Assembly (NCBI GenBank): GCA_047602425.1
Contig: JASGHG010000001.1
Location: 1,376,001-1,440,000 of the forward strand
Reading direction: 5' to 3'
DNA from: Nibricoccus sp.
Lineage (GTDB): Bacteria; Verrucomicrobiota; Verrucomicrobiia; Opitutales; Opitutaceae
DNA: 64,000 bases
The notes under the pieces were generated by a model. That model worked only from the letters and a program-made list of their open reading frames with translations. It was not told where the DNA came from and ran no database searches. The position numbers and the translations under genes were made by a program. Position 1 is the first letter of the stretch. Each line of letters opens with the position of its first letter. Of the stretch, positions 42,511-51,125 are shown in pieces.

Positions 42511-43713
42511 GTGCCCGACGGTCAACGGCACAATTTTTCCCCACGTCACTCCGTTCACTCCATGCGCTGGTCCTCTCGCACGCTCATTGCCGTCGTCGCT
42601 TTCTCCGCCATCGCAGGCATACTGGTCGGTCTCAAAACCGCGCCCGCCAGCCCATCCCGCCCAACCCGCGCACAAGCTGCCCGGCCAGCCGGCAGTGCCG
42701 TCGCTTCATTGGACCAAACTACTGAAAACCTCCAAACGACTGGCGGCTCCTGGAATGAGCGCTGGCGCAATATTCTTTCCGGCACCCCCACTCCTGCCCG
42801 CACCCGCGACCTCGCCGCCCTGATTGAGGAACTTGCAAAGACCGACCCCAAGCGCGCTCTCGAACTCGCCGCCGCCGAAACCAACTGGCGCCTCCGCGAC
42901 CTTCTCCGCAATGCCGCCCTCCGAGGATGGGCCTCGGTCGAACCCATCGCCGCCGCCAACCATGCCCTCACCATTCGGCCTGAGGAACGCCGTTCCGCCG
43001 TCGAGGCGGTCATGCAAGGCGCCGCCGCCAATCCTCCCGAAGCGGTCAAAACCGCCCTCCATCTTTGCAAATCCGACACCGAAGCGGCCGGCGATTATGG
43101 CCACTACACCATCGCCGCCCTGGTCGATGTTGGCGCGTTCAACGAGGCCGTGCAATTTGGCAACCAGATCGGTACCGACAAATATCCCTTCCTTCTCAAG
43201 TCCGCCTTTTTCCAGTGGTCCCGCAACCAACCGCAAGAGGCATTAGCCGCCGTCGACTCCATTAAGGATCCGCTTCTGAAAGCCCAGGCTTATGGAGAAG
43301 CAATCTCCGGCTGGGCTTGGGCCGATGGGAAATCGGTCGCCGAGTACGCCCTCACACTTCCCTCCGGCTCCTCGCGCAACGACGTCCTCACCGAGGCTCT
43401 TCCGCGCTGGGTCGAGAAAGATCCCGTCGCGGCGACCGAGTGGATCAACAAGCATGATTCCGGCCCCGAATTCGACGCAGGCATTGAAGCCGTCGCCAAT
43501 CTCCAGTCTCTCATTCAAACCCGCCCCGCCAATGCGCTGGAACTCGCCGGCAACATCTCGGATCCCGGCCGCCGTTCCCATGCCATGCGCGCCATCTTCC
43601 GCCAGTGGGCCACCACCGACGTCACCGCCGCCAAACGCTACGTCGACAGCACTGCAAATGCCACGGATCGCGCCCTGCTTGCCGACGAACTCAAGGACAT
43701 GTCGCCCAACTAA
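42511..43713 (+). CDS. Hypothetical Trp-rich helical-repeat protein (type A, copy 2)
   Basis: Aligns with 34268..35467 (KYPFLL.SAFFQW, GWAWAD, GPEFDAGIE, ELKDMSPN). Start is GTG 42511 or ATG 42562. Confidence 0.8.
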   Translation: MPDGQRHNFSPRHSVHSMRWSSRTLIAVVAFSAIAGILVGLKTAPASPSRPTRAQAARPAGSAVASLDQTTENLQTTGGSWNERWRNILSGTPTPARTRDLAALIEELAKTDPKRALELAAAETNWRLRDLLRNAALRGWASVEPIAAANHALTIRPEERRSAVEAVMQGAAANPPEAVKTALHLCKSDTEAAGDYGHYTIAALVDVGAFNEAVQFGNQIGTDKYPFLLKSAFFQWSRNQPQEALAAVDSIKDPLLKAQAYGEAISGWAWADGKSVAEYALTLPSGSSRNDVLTEALPRWVEKDPVAATEWINKHDSGPEFDAGIEAVANLQSLIQTRPANALELAGNISDPGRRSHAMRAIFRQWATTDVTAAKRYVDSTANATDRALLADELKDMSPN

Positions 43714-43736
43714 ACGGTTCAGCGCCGCCCCGCCAC

Positions 43737-44894
43737 ATGCCAAACGCACTTTCCCTCCCTCGCTGGTCAACCAAAACCCTTGGCCTCGCCGCCGTCCTCA
43801 CGGCGATTTTCGCCGGCCTGATCACGCGCCAGATTGCCGCCAAAACCATCCCTAACCTCCAAGTTTCCATTGCCTCCGCCCGCGTCCGCCTCGATGGCAC
43901 CAGCAGCGCCCGGAAACATTGGGAGGATACTTGGTCACAGACCAGCCGCCAGCCCGCCTGTCCCGCGCGCAACCGCAACCTCGAGGCCATGCTGGAGGAG
44001 CTTGCCCGTACCGATCCGCAGCGAGCGCTCGCACTCGCCATGGCGGAAGGCAACTGGCTTCTCCGCGACAAACTTCGCAACGCCGCCCTTCGCGGTTGGG
44101 GCGCCGTTGCCCCCGACGCCGCCGCCGACTGGGCCATGGCGCAGCCCGAATTGGGCAATCGACTCTTCTGCGTTCAGGCAGTCCTCAGCGGCGCGGTTGA
44201 GAAACCCGACGACGCCGTCCGCGTCGCGCTCCGCGTTTGCGAGGCCGATCCGCTTCCCGCCGGCGATTATGGCCATGCCGTCATCAACGCCCTTATCGAC
44301 AAAGCCGGCTCTTACGAAGCCGCGACCAAGTTTGCCCTCGCCGCAACCAAAGTCGACCGCCAATCGTACCTCGTCGATTCCGCCTTCTATCAGTGGGCGC
44401 AAAACCAACCCGAACTCGCCGTCGCCAAACTTTCCGAAATCAAGGACCCTAAAGTCCGCGATTCCGTCATGAAGGGCGTTGTCGAGGGCTGGGCCGACGC
44501 CGATGCCAAGAGTCTCGCCACCTACGCCCAGGCCATGCCTCCCGGCGAAGACCGAACCAAATTTATGAGCATCGCCCTCATGCAGTGGGGCAATAAAAAC
44601 CCCGAGGACACCATGCAGTGGATCAACCAGTTTGAACCCCACCCCGATTTCGACAAAGGTTTCGCCACGCTCGCCCTCGGAGAAACCGTTCTCAAAACCC
44701 GTCCCGAGATGGCCATTGAGATGACCGAGTACATCACCGATCCCGCGCAGCGCACGCTTACTCGCGACAACGCGTTCTGGCGCTGGGCCCTTCGCGATCC
44801 CGAAGGCGCCCGCAAATACGCCGAGTCGGTCCAGAACCCCGAGTACCGCGCCTCCATGCTCGACGATCTTACCCGCCTTCCCAAAGACCAGTAA
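43737..44894 (+). CDS. Hypothetical Trp-rich helical-repeat protein (type B, copy 2)
   Basis: Aligns with 35511..36665 (PRW, QPAC, LARTDPQRALALA, DYGHA.INAL.DK, MPPGEDR). Start at ATG 43737. Confidence 0.8.
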   Translation: MPNALSLPRWSTKTLGLAAVLTAIFAGLITRQIAAKTIPNLQVSIASARVRLDGTSSARKHWEDTWSQTSRQPACPARNRNLEAMLEELARTDPQRALALAMAEGNWLLRDKLRNAALRGWGAVAPDAAADWAMAQPELGNRLFCVQAVLSGAVEKPDDAVRVALRVCEADPLPAGDYGHAVINALIDKAGSYEAATKFALAATKVDRQSYLVDSAFYQWAQNQPELAVAKLSEIKDPKVRDSVMKGVVEGWADADAKSLATYAQAMPPGEDRTKFMSIALMQWGNKNPEDTMQWINQFEPHPDFDKGFATLALGETVLKTRPEMAIEMTEYITDPAQRTLTRDNAFWRWALRDPEGARKYAESVQNPEYRASMLDDLTRLPKDQ

Positions 44895-44908
44895 GCAACC
44901 CGCCCGCC

Positions 44909-46990
44909 ATGCCGTTTGCTGCTCGCTCCCCGTCTTCCGACTTCCGACCCCCGTCCTCCGGCCTGCGCCTTCTGGCCTCCAGCCTCTGGCTTCTGGCTTC
45001 ACTCCTCCTTGCGCAGAGTATCCAAGCCTCCGATACGCCGGCGCCCGTCGTTTACCCTTTCCACCGAGCCGCGCAAAACGCGGACCTCGTCACGCTCCGC
45101 GCTCTCCTTCGCCTCGATCCACTCGCCGTCAATGCCGCAGACCCCAATGGCGTCACGCCGCTTTTCGTCGCCGCACGTCTTGGCCATGTTCCCGTCGTCC
45201 GCCTCCTGCTCGAAAATGGCGCGTCGCCTCACGCTCGCACCAATGACGGCTCCACACCGCTTTGCATGGCCGCCTATTTTGGTCATCTTGAAATCGCACG
45301 CCTCCTCCTCGACAAAGACGCCGATCTCGAAGCCCAAACTGTCGATGGCGCAACCCCGCTCACCCTGGCCGCCGCCAATGGACAGTCGGAAATGGTCAAA
45401 TGGCTGCAGTCCAAAGGCGCCCGAACCGACGCCCTCACCGCCAATAGTTCGACCGCACTCGCCCAAGCCGCTCTCGAAGGTCACGCCGATGCGGTCAAAA
45501 CCCTCCATGAAACCGGCGCCGCGGTGGATACTCGCGACGAAAAAGGCCAGACGCCTCTCATGCTCGCCGCCCGCGAAGGTCGCAACGAGGTTGTTACGCT
45601 TCTCATCGAACAAGGTGCCGATCCTAACGCCACCGACAAACAGGGTCTCACCGCGCTTCACCAGGCGGCCAAGGAAGGCCGCCCCGAAACCGTCAGGCTC
45701 CTCCTCAAACATGGGGCCAAAATCGACCGCCGCGACAAACGCGGCCGCACACCTCTCTTCATGGCTGCCTTCTATGGCTATGCCAATTCCGCTGCCGCTC
45801 TCTGCGATGCCGGAGCCGACGTCGACGCGCGCGACGAACTCAATCGCACCCCGCTTTTCATGGCCGCTAATGATGGCTCCGAAGCCGCTGCCCTCGTCCT
45901 TCTCGAAAAAGGCGCCAGCGTGGAAGATAAAATCATCAACGGCAAAAGCACCCTATCCCCGCTTCGCATTGCCGCTTTCGATGGCTACATCGGGATCCTC
46001 AAAGCACTCATCGCCAAAGGTGCCGACGTAAACCAAAAACGCCTCGATGATGGCTTTACCCCGCTTCTGTTCGCCGCCCAAGGCGGCCATCTCGATGCCG
46101 TCAAAATCCTGATGTCCGCCGGTGCAAAATCCGACGCCACCGCCAACGACGGTCGCAATGCCCTTTGGCTCGCTTCGGAAAACGGTCATGTCGCGATCGC
46201 CAAATTTTTTCTCAAGCAGGGACTTTCCGTCGAAGCCCGCGATGCCCAGGGTCGCACTCCTCTCTTCCGCGCCGCCGAAGTCGGCTACTCAGCCGTCGTC
46301 CGTTTTCTCCTCGCCAACAATGCAGCCGTCGATGCTCCCGACCGCGACGGCCGCACCCCGCTCGCCTTGGCCGCAAAAATCGGCCAGGTGGAAACCGTCA
46401 CCGCTCTTCTCGAAAACAAAGCCGATCCAAACGCCACCAGTAAAGATGGCTTGACTCCACTTCTGATGGCCACCGGCGCCGCCGGCCCGCATTTCATTGT
46501 CCCACCCGAAGGTTCCTATCTCAAGGTCTTCCACCTTCTCCTCGAAAAAGGCGCTCGTCTTGACGCACAAACTCCCGAGGGACACACTCCGCTGCATCTG
46601 GCAGCCCAGGATGGACGCCTCAACGTGGTCAAAGCTCTGCTCGAACTCAAAGCCAACCTCGAACCCATCGACAACGAGAATCGCACTCCTTTGTACCTTG
46701 CTGCCAGTTCAGGACACGCCCCCGTCGTCGCCTTCCTGCTCGAAAAAGGCGCTTCCCCTGACACCGTCGGCAAGTCCGGTGAAAGCGCCCTTTTCACCGC
46801 CGCTCGAAACGGTCATTTCCTCGCCACCAAGGCGCTCGTGGACAAGGGAGCGAAAATCGATACGCCCACCCCTCAAGGCGAAACCCCTGTCTCGATCGCT
46901 AAAAAACACGGTCACCGCCCCATCGCCCGCCTGCTTGAGCGCCGCGTCGCCGGCGCTGGCAGTGCCAGTCCCGTCAAGTCTTCGCCATGA
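44909..46990 (+). CDS. Secreted long ankyrin-repeat protein (copy 2)
   Basis: Collinear with 36685..38790, including the EDKI.NG and GPH.I.PPEGSY inserts. Confidence 0.92.
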   Translation: MPFAARSPSSDFRPPSSGLRLLASSLWLLASLLLAQSIQASDTPAPVVYPFHRAAQNADLVTLRALLRLDPLAVNAADPNGVTPLFVAARLGHVPVVRLLLENGASPHARTNDGSTPLCMAAYFGHLEIARLLLDKDADLEAQTVDGATPLTLAAANGQSEMVKWLQSKGARTDALTANSSTALAQAALEGHADAVKTLHETGAAVDTRDEKGQTPLMLAAREGRNEVVTLLIEQGADPNATDKQGLTALHQAAKEGRPETVRLLLKHGAKIDRRDKRGRTPLFMAAFYGYANSAAALCDAGADVDARDELNRTPLFMAANDGSEAAALVLLEKGASVEDKIINGKSTLSPLRIAAFDGYIGILKALIAKGADVNQKRLDDGFTPLLFAAQGGHLDAVKILMSAGAKSDATANDGRNALWLASENGHVAIAKFFLKQGLSVEARDAQGRTPLFRAAEVGYSAVVRFLLANNAAVDAPDRDGRTPLALAAKIGQVETVTALLENKADPNATSKDGLTPLLMATGAAGPHFIVPPEGSYLKVFHLLLEKGARLDAQTPEGHTPLHLAAQDGRLNVVKALLELKANLEPIDNENRTPLYLAASSGHAPVVAFLLEKGASPDTVGKSGESALFTAARNGHFLATKALVDKGAKIDTPTPQGETPVSIAKKHGHRPIARLLERRVAGAGSASPVKSSP

Positions 46991-47610
46991 CCTCTTTCAT
47001 CCTCCGGCTTCTGGCTTCCGGCCTTTGTCTTTTGGCCTCCGGTCTCCTTGCGGCCGATCCACTGCCGGGCGAGACAGCCCTTCATGCCGCCGCGCGCGCG
47101 GGCGACATCGACGCCGTGCGTTTACTTCTCGACAAAGGTTCGCCTATCGATGTCCGCAGCAAACGCCTTGAAACGCCCCTCTTCTTCGCCGCCGCCAACG
47201 GTCACGCCAAAATCGTCAGCCTGCTCGTCGATCGCCTCGCTGGCGTTAATATCACCGACTACGAGGGTCGCACGCCCCTCATCGCCGCCACTCAAAACAA
47301 TCATCTCGAAACCGTCGTCATCCTTCTCGACAATGGCGCCAATCCCAACGCCAACATGGGTTCCGGCGAGTCTCCCATGTATTTCGCGGTGAAAAACGGT
47401 AATCTGGAAATTATGAAGGCGCTCTACGAAATGGGCGCTAACCTCACGACACTCAATAAAGATGGGGAATCCCCGCTCTCCATCGCCCGCAAACTCGGCA
47501 ACAAGGAGATCCTCGCTTTTCTCGAAAAAAACAACGCCCGCATTCCCCCTCCGCCTACGGGAGAAAAACCCGCCGACGGTCCGCCTCGCGGTAAAGAACC
47601 CAAAGAATAG
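46987..47610 (+). CDS. Secreted short ankyrin-repeat protein (only in unit 2)
   Basis: Signal peptide plus about 5 ankyrin repeats; ATGA overlap with the upstream stop. Confidence 0.88.
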   Translation: MTSFILRLLASGLCLLASGLLAADPLPGETALHAAARAGDIDAVRLLLDKGSPIDVRSKRLETPLFFAAANGHAKIVSLLVDRLAGVNITDYEGRTPLIAATQNNHLETVVILLDNGANPNANMGSGESPMYFAVKNGNLEIMKALYEMGANLTTLNKDGESPLSIARKLGNKEILAFLEKNNARIPPPPTGEKPADGPPRGKEPKE

Positions 47611-47635
47611 TCTCCTCCCCATTGCATCGCGTCCG

Positions 47636-49294
47636 TCAAGGCGCGGTTTCTTTTTTCGCTCGCACAATCTCTGTCAGATGTCGCCGCGCGTCATCCAACT
47701 CGGGTTTCAACCGGAGTGCTTCACGGAAGCATTCCAACGCTTCGTCTTTCCGACCCACCGCCGCCAAAATCATGCCACGCGTATCAACCAATTCGGCAAT
47801 GCCTCCTGCCGTCGCCACCACGTGATCGATTTCTCGCAAAGCGTCCGGAGCGCGTCCCGCCGCCAACAGTGCATTCGCGTAGTTGTTGCGCACCTCAACC
47901 GAACCTGGCACCTGCGCTAAAACTTTTTCGTACTCTGTCACCGCCTCGCTGGCATGGCCTTTTTCCGCCAAAGCCAGCGCAAGGTTGTTGCGCGCTCTCC
48001 AGTTTTCCGGCCGCTTTTTCACCGTGTCGGACCAGATCGAAATCTTTGTCGCGTAATCCGCGTTCCGCCGCACCGACAGCCCGCCCCAAACCAGGCAAAC
48101 GATCGCACACGCGAAAAATACCCAGCGCCCGAACCACTTATTTGCTGTAAAAACTGCCACGACCACAACCGCGGCAAGCGGCAGGTACATGCGATGCTCA
48201 GCCGCCGTTTGTGTCAGCACCGGGACCACGCTCGAACTCGGCGCCAGAATCGCAAGGAACCAAAAGCCTGCCACACCCCACGACGAACGCCGCCAAATCG
48301 CAAAAAGCGTACCAGCCGCCAGCGCCGCCAGTCCTAGCGCCTCCCACCGCACTTTCGCCAATCCTTCCACCAGCGCGTTACCATGATCGAAAATCAGCGG
48401 TGTCGGCCAAACCACCAGCTTGAGGTAATGTACAATCGCCCCGCATTGCGTCAGCAGATATTGCCATGACGAAGCCGTGCCAAACCCAGCCGTACCTCCA
48501 CGGTTTCGGGCACCAACCACAAGCGCCGCCAGCACCACCCACGACAAGGCCATTCCTGCATACATCCATTTTCTCCGCATCCATGCCTCACGAAACGTTG
48601 CCGCCACCCAGGTGCGGTCGGCCAGCAACACCACGAGCGGCGCCGATACTATGATTTCCTTGCAACCTGCGCCGACCAGACAAGCTGTTACCGCAGCCAT
48701 CTGCCATCGCCAAGCCGATGGCGATTCCACGCTGCGCAAAAAACAATACAGCGTCAGTAAATAGCACAGCCCTGCCAGTGACTCGACGCGTTGGACCACG
48801 TAGGAGACCGACTCCGTTTGCAGCGGATGCACCGCCCAAAGTCCCGCCACCGCCAGCGCCAGCCACACTTCGTCGCGTCTAAAACGTCCAGCCCATGCCG
48901 GCAATCGCGCCAGCCGCCGGACCACGCCAAACAACACCAGCGCGGCGCCCGCATGTATTGTAATATTCACTACATGATAGCTCCACGGAGCCAGCCCGCT
49001 GATCGCGTAATTCACCGCGAATGTAGCGTTCGCCAGTGGACGCCCCAAAGTCGTCGCGTCGGTCGGGGGCGAAAATATTTCCGCCAAACCTCGCTCCGCA
49101 CGGATTGAGCGATTGTTCAAAATCGTCGGCTCGTCGTCGAAGACGAATTCCCCGCCTACTCCGTTGGCGAAAACCGCCACCACGATCAGCGCCAACACGG
49201 CCAGCGAACACCAGATCGTCCACGATTTCCCATTCGTGGGCACGACATTCGACGCAGTCGCGCCGGTTTGTTCTGATTGGGGTTGGATCAGCAC
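47636..49294 (-). CDS. TMTC-like GT-C membrane glycosyltransferase with 3 TPRs (copy 2)
   Basis: FVFDD, GRPL, YHVVN..IH, HPLQTESVSYVVQR, AEHRMYLP. Start uncertain (GTG 49294 chosen to avoid overlapping sufT). Confidence 0.8.
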   Translation of the reverse strand: MLIQPQSEQTGATASNVVPTNGKSWTIWCSLAVLALIVVAVFANGVGGEFVFDDEPTILNNRSIRAERGLAEIFSPPTDATTLGRPLANATFAVNYAISGLAPWSYHVVNITIHAGAALVLFGVVRRLARLPAWAGRFRRDEVWLALAVAGLWAVHPLQTESVSYVVQRVESLAGLCYLLTLYCFLRSVESPSAWRWQMAAVTACLVGAGCKEIIVSAPLVVLLADRTWVAATFREAWMRRKWMYAGMALSWVVLAALVVGARNRGGTAGFGTASSWQYLLTQCGAIVHYLKLVVWPTPLIFDHGNALVEGLAKVRWEALGLAALAAGTLFAIWRRSSWGVAGFWFLAILAPSSSVVPVLTQTAAEHRMYLPLAAVVVVAVFTANKWFGRWVFFACAIVCLVWGGLSVRRNADYATKISIWSDTVKKRPENWRARNNLALALAEKGHASEAVTEYEKVLAQVPGSVEVRNNYANALLAAGRAPDALREIDHVVATAGGIAELVDTRGMILAAVGRKDEALECFREALRLKPELDDARRHLTEIVRAKKETAP

Positions 49295-49406
49295 GTTTCC
49301 ACGACAGCAAATCGCTTCTTGTTCGCAAGAAAACACCTCTGCGGCGGCCAAAAACTCCCTTCGCTCCGCAGTTGCGCGCCGCACGGACTCGCATTCAATG
49401 CCCAAC

Positions 49407-49952
49407 ATGTCCAAGGAACGCACTCTTTCCCGCGAAGTCGCCGCCGTCCAGATTCCCGCCGGCAACACCACAATCCTGCCAGCCGGCGCCCGCGTTTTCA
49501 TCACACAAACCCTCGGCGGCAGCTACACCGTCATGACCGACACTGGTCTCGTCCGCATCGATGGCAAAGATGCCGACGCCCTCGGCGAAACCGTCGCCGA
49601 TACCACGGTAAAATCCGCCACACTTTCCGACGGCGCGCCCGATCCCGCCGCCGTTTGGGATCAGCTGAAGAAAGTTTTCGATCCCGAGATTCCGGTGAAC
49701 ATCGTCGACCTCGGCCTCGTTTATTCGATGGACGTTTCCAAAATCGAAGGCGGTGACGGTTATCGCGTCGACGTCGCCATGACCTTGACCGCCCCAGGTT
49801 GCGGCATGGGACCGGCCATCGCCGAGGATGCGAAAAATAAAATTCTCCTCGTGCCAGGTGTATCCACAGCAGAAGTACGCATCACCTGGGAACCAGCTTG
49901 GAATCAGCAAATGATCTCCGAGGAAGGCAAGATGCAGTTGGGCCTGATCTGA
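49407..49952 (+). CDS. sufT: Fe-S cluster assembly protein SufT (DUF59 domain)
   Basis: ITQTLGGSYTV...RIDGKDADALG N-terminal domain; FDPEIPVNIVDLGLVY; MTLTAPGCGMG. Confidence 0.88.
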   Translation: MSKERTLSREVAAVQIPAGNTTILPAGARVFITQTLGGSYTVMTDTGLVRIDGKDADALGETVADTTVKSATLSDGAPDPAAVWDQLKKVFDPEIPVNIVDLGLVYSMDVSKIEGGDGYRVDVAMTLTAPGCGMGPAIAEDAKNKILLVPGVSTAEVRITWEPAWNQQMISEEGKMQLGLI

Positions 49953-49969
49953 GTCTTTCCTCCGCGCAC

Positions 49970-50002
49970 AAAAAAGCCGGGCGCCTTTGAAAGCGCCCGG
50001 CT
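49970..50002 (-). terminator. Intrinsic terminator between convergent genes
   Basis: AAAAAAGCCGGGCGC-loop-GCGCCCGGCT; U-tract on the minus strand. Confidence 0.75.
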
Positions 50003-50028
50003 GCTTGGGGTATCGGACGGAATGGAAA

Positions 50029-50547
50029 TTAACGGGAGTTGCTGGCGAAAACGCGCATCGTTGATGCACGACCAACTGAGTCCTGAAATCCAGAGGAGGA
50101 AGTTGCACGCTCGAACGCGGACGACAGCGTCGCCCTCATCGAAGGATCGTCCGTGCGCAGCACGAAGTGAAACACGCGCACTGGAGTGCCAATCTGCGCA
50201 ACCGCGCGAATCGAGGTGAATTTCTTACCACGGAGAGTATAGGGCAGCGTTTCGCCCAAAACCACAACCGCGTCACAGGTGCCATTGGCCAGCTCTTCGG
50301 CGGCCGAGGTCGCGTCCAGATTCACCATTTTGACCGGCATCGCACGGCCTTCCAGCTGTTTCATGCTTTCCGACAAACTCGACGACAAAGCCTGCTGAAG
50401 GACGTAGAAAGGCGCTTCGTCGTCGATCGCATTGACCGATGCGACACGCAAAGCGCTGCTCGCGCTGACAACAGAGACATCAGCGCTGGCCGAAGCCACG
50501 CTGGCGAACACACCGACAAGAATCACACATAGGGATAGGGTTTTCAT
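50029..50547 (-). CDS. Secreted hypothetical protein, possibly a periplasmic-binding-protein-like fragment
   Basis: Signal peptide ending ASA; AAEELANGTCDAVVV resembles a PBP2 segment. Confidence 0.6.
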   Translation of the reverse strand: MKTLSLCVILVGVFASVASASADVSVVSASSALRVASVNAIDDEAPFYVLQQALSSSLSESMKQLEGRAMPVKMVNLDATSAAEELANGTCDAVVVLGETLPYTLRGKKFTSIRAVAQIGTPVRVFHFVLRTDDPSMRATLSSAFERATSSSGFQDSVGRASTMRVFASNSR

Positions 50548-51125
50548 TTTTGAACTTTTAGGTGGGTAGATTGGTTGTGCTGTTCCGTAGTGCTGCTAAT
50601 GTACGATATAAGGGGCGCACCCTACCAGCTTTTTCGCACTTAATTTGCAATAGCCGTAACTTGCTATTCTCTATTTGAATAAGCGATGTTTTAATGCGTT
50701 TTTTGGAGTTCGGGCCTCACCTATTAAATTTACTGTTTCTGGGGTCTACCCTGTATTTACACGGAGAGTTTTGGCCCACGTTTCGTAAACACGCCGCTGA
50801 AAATCGCGCGGACAAAGCGGGTTATCCCTTCGCGGACCGGCCCTTGCCCCGCTTCCCAATGCTGTGCATAGGAGGTTTTACCCATTCAACATCGATACCG
50901 ATCTTGTGCAGCCTTTCGTATCACTTTACTTATCAATATTTAATTCGTTTTCTTTGGCGGATGAAACAGGGCGAAATCAGAGATTTAGATTGCGGAAACC
51001 CGGGACGGAGGCGATGGTGCCGCCTGCATGCGTCGAGCGCGCACCCTTCGCGCTCCGCCTGCCTTCAAATAAAACCCGCGCTTGCGCCTGTCTTGGGCTG
51101 AGCGCCTTAAACAACAAAACATACC

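Larger units (their letters stand above)
33102..49350. repeat. Diverged tandem duplication of an ~8.2-kb five-gene cassette (unit 1 ~33102-41365, unit 2 ~41366-49350)
   Basis: Same gene order and orientation in both units; leader motifs offset by 8264-8265 bp; paralogous proteins align. The right boundary is approximate. Confidence 0.92.

Noticed and set aside
33102..49350. Cassette as transposon, prophage or assembly artefact
   Set aside because: No integrase, transposase or phage genes and no terminal repeats; the copies are substantially diverged, so this is not a mis-assembly.
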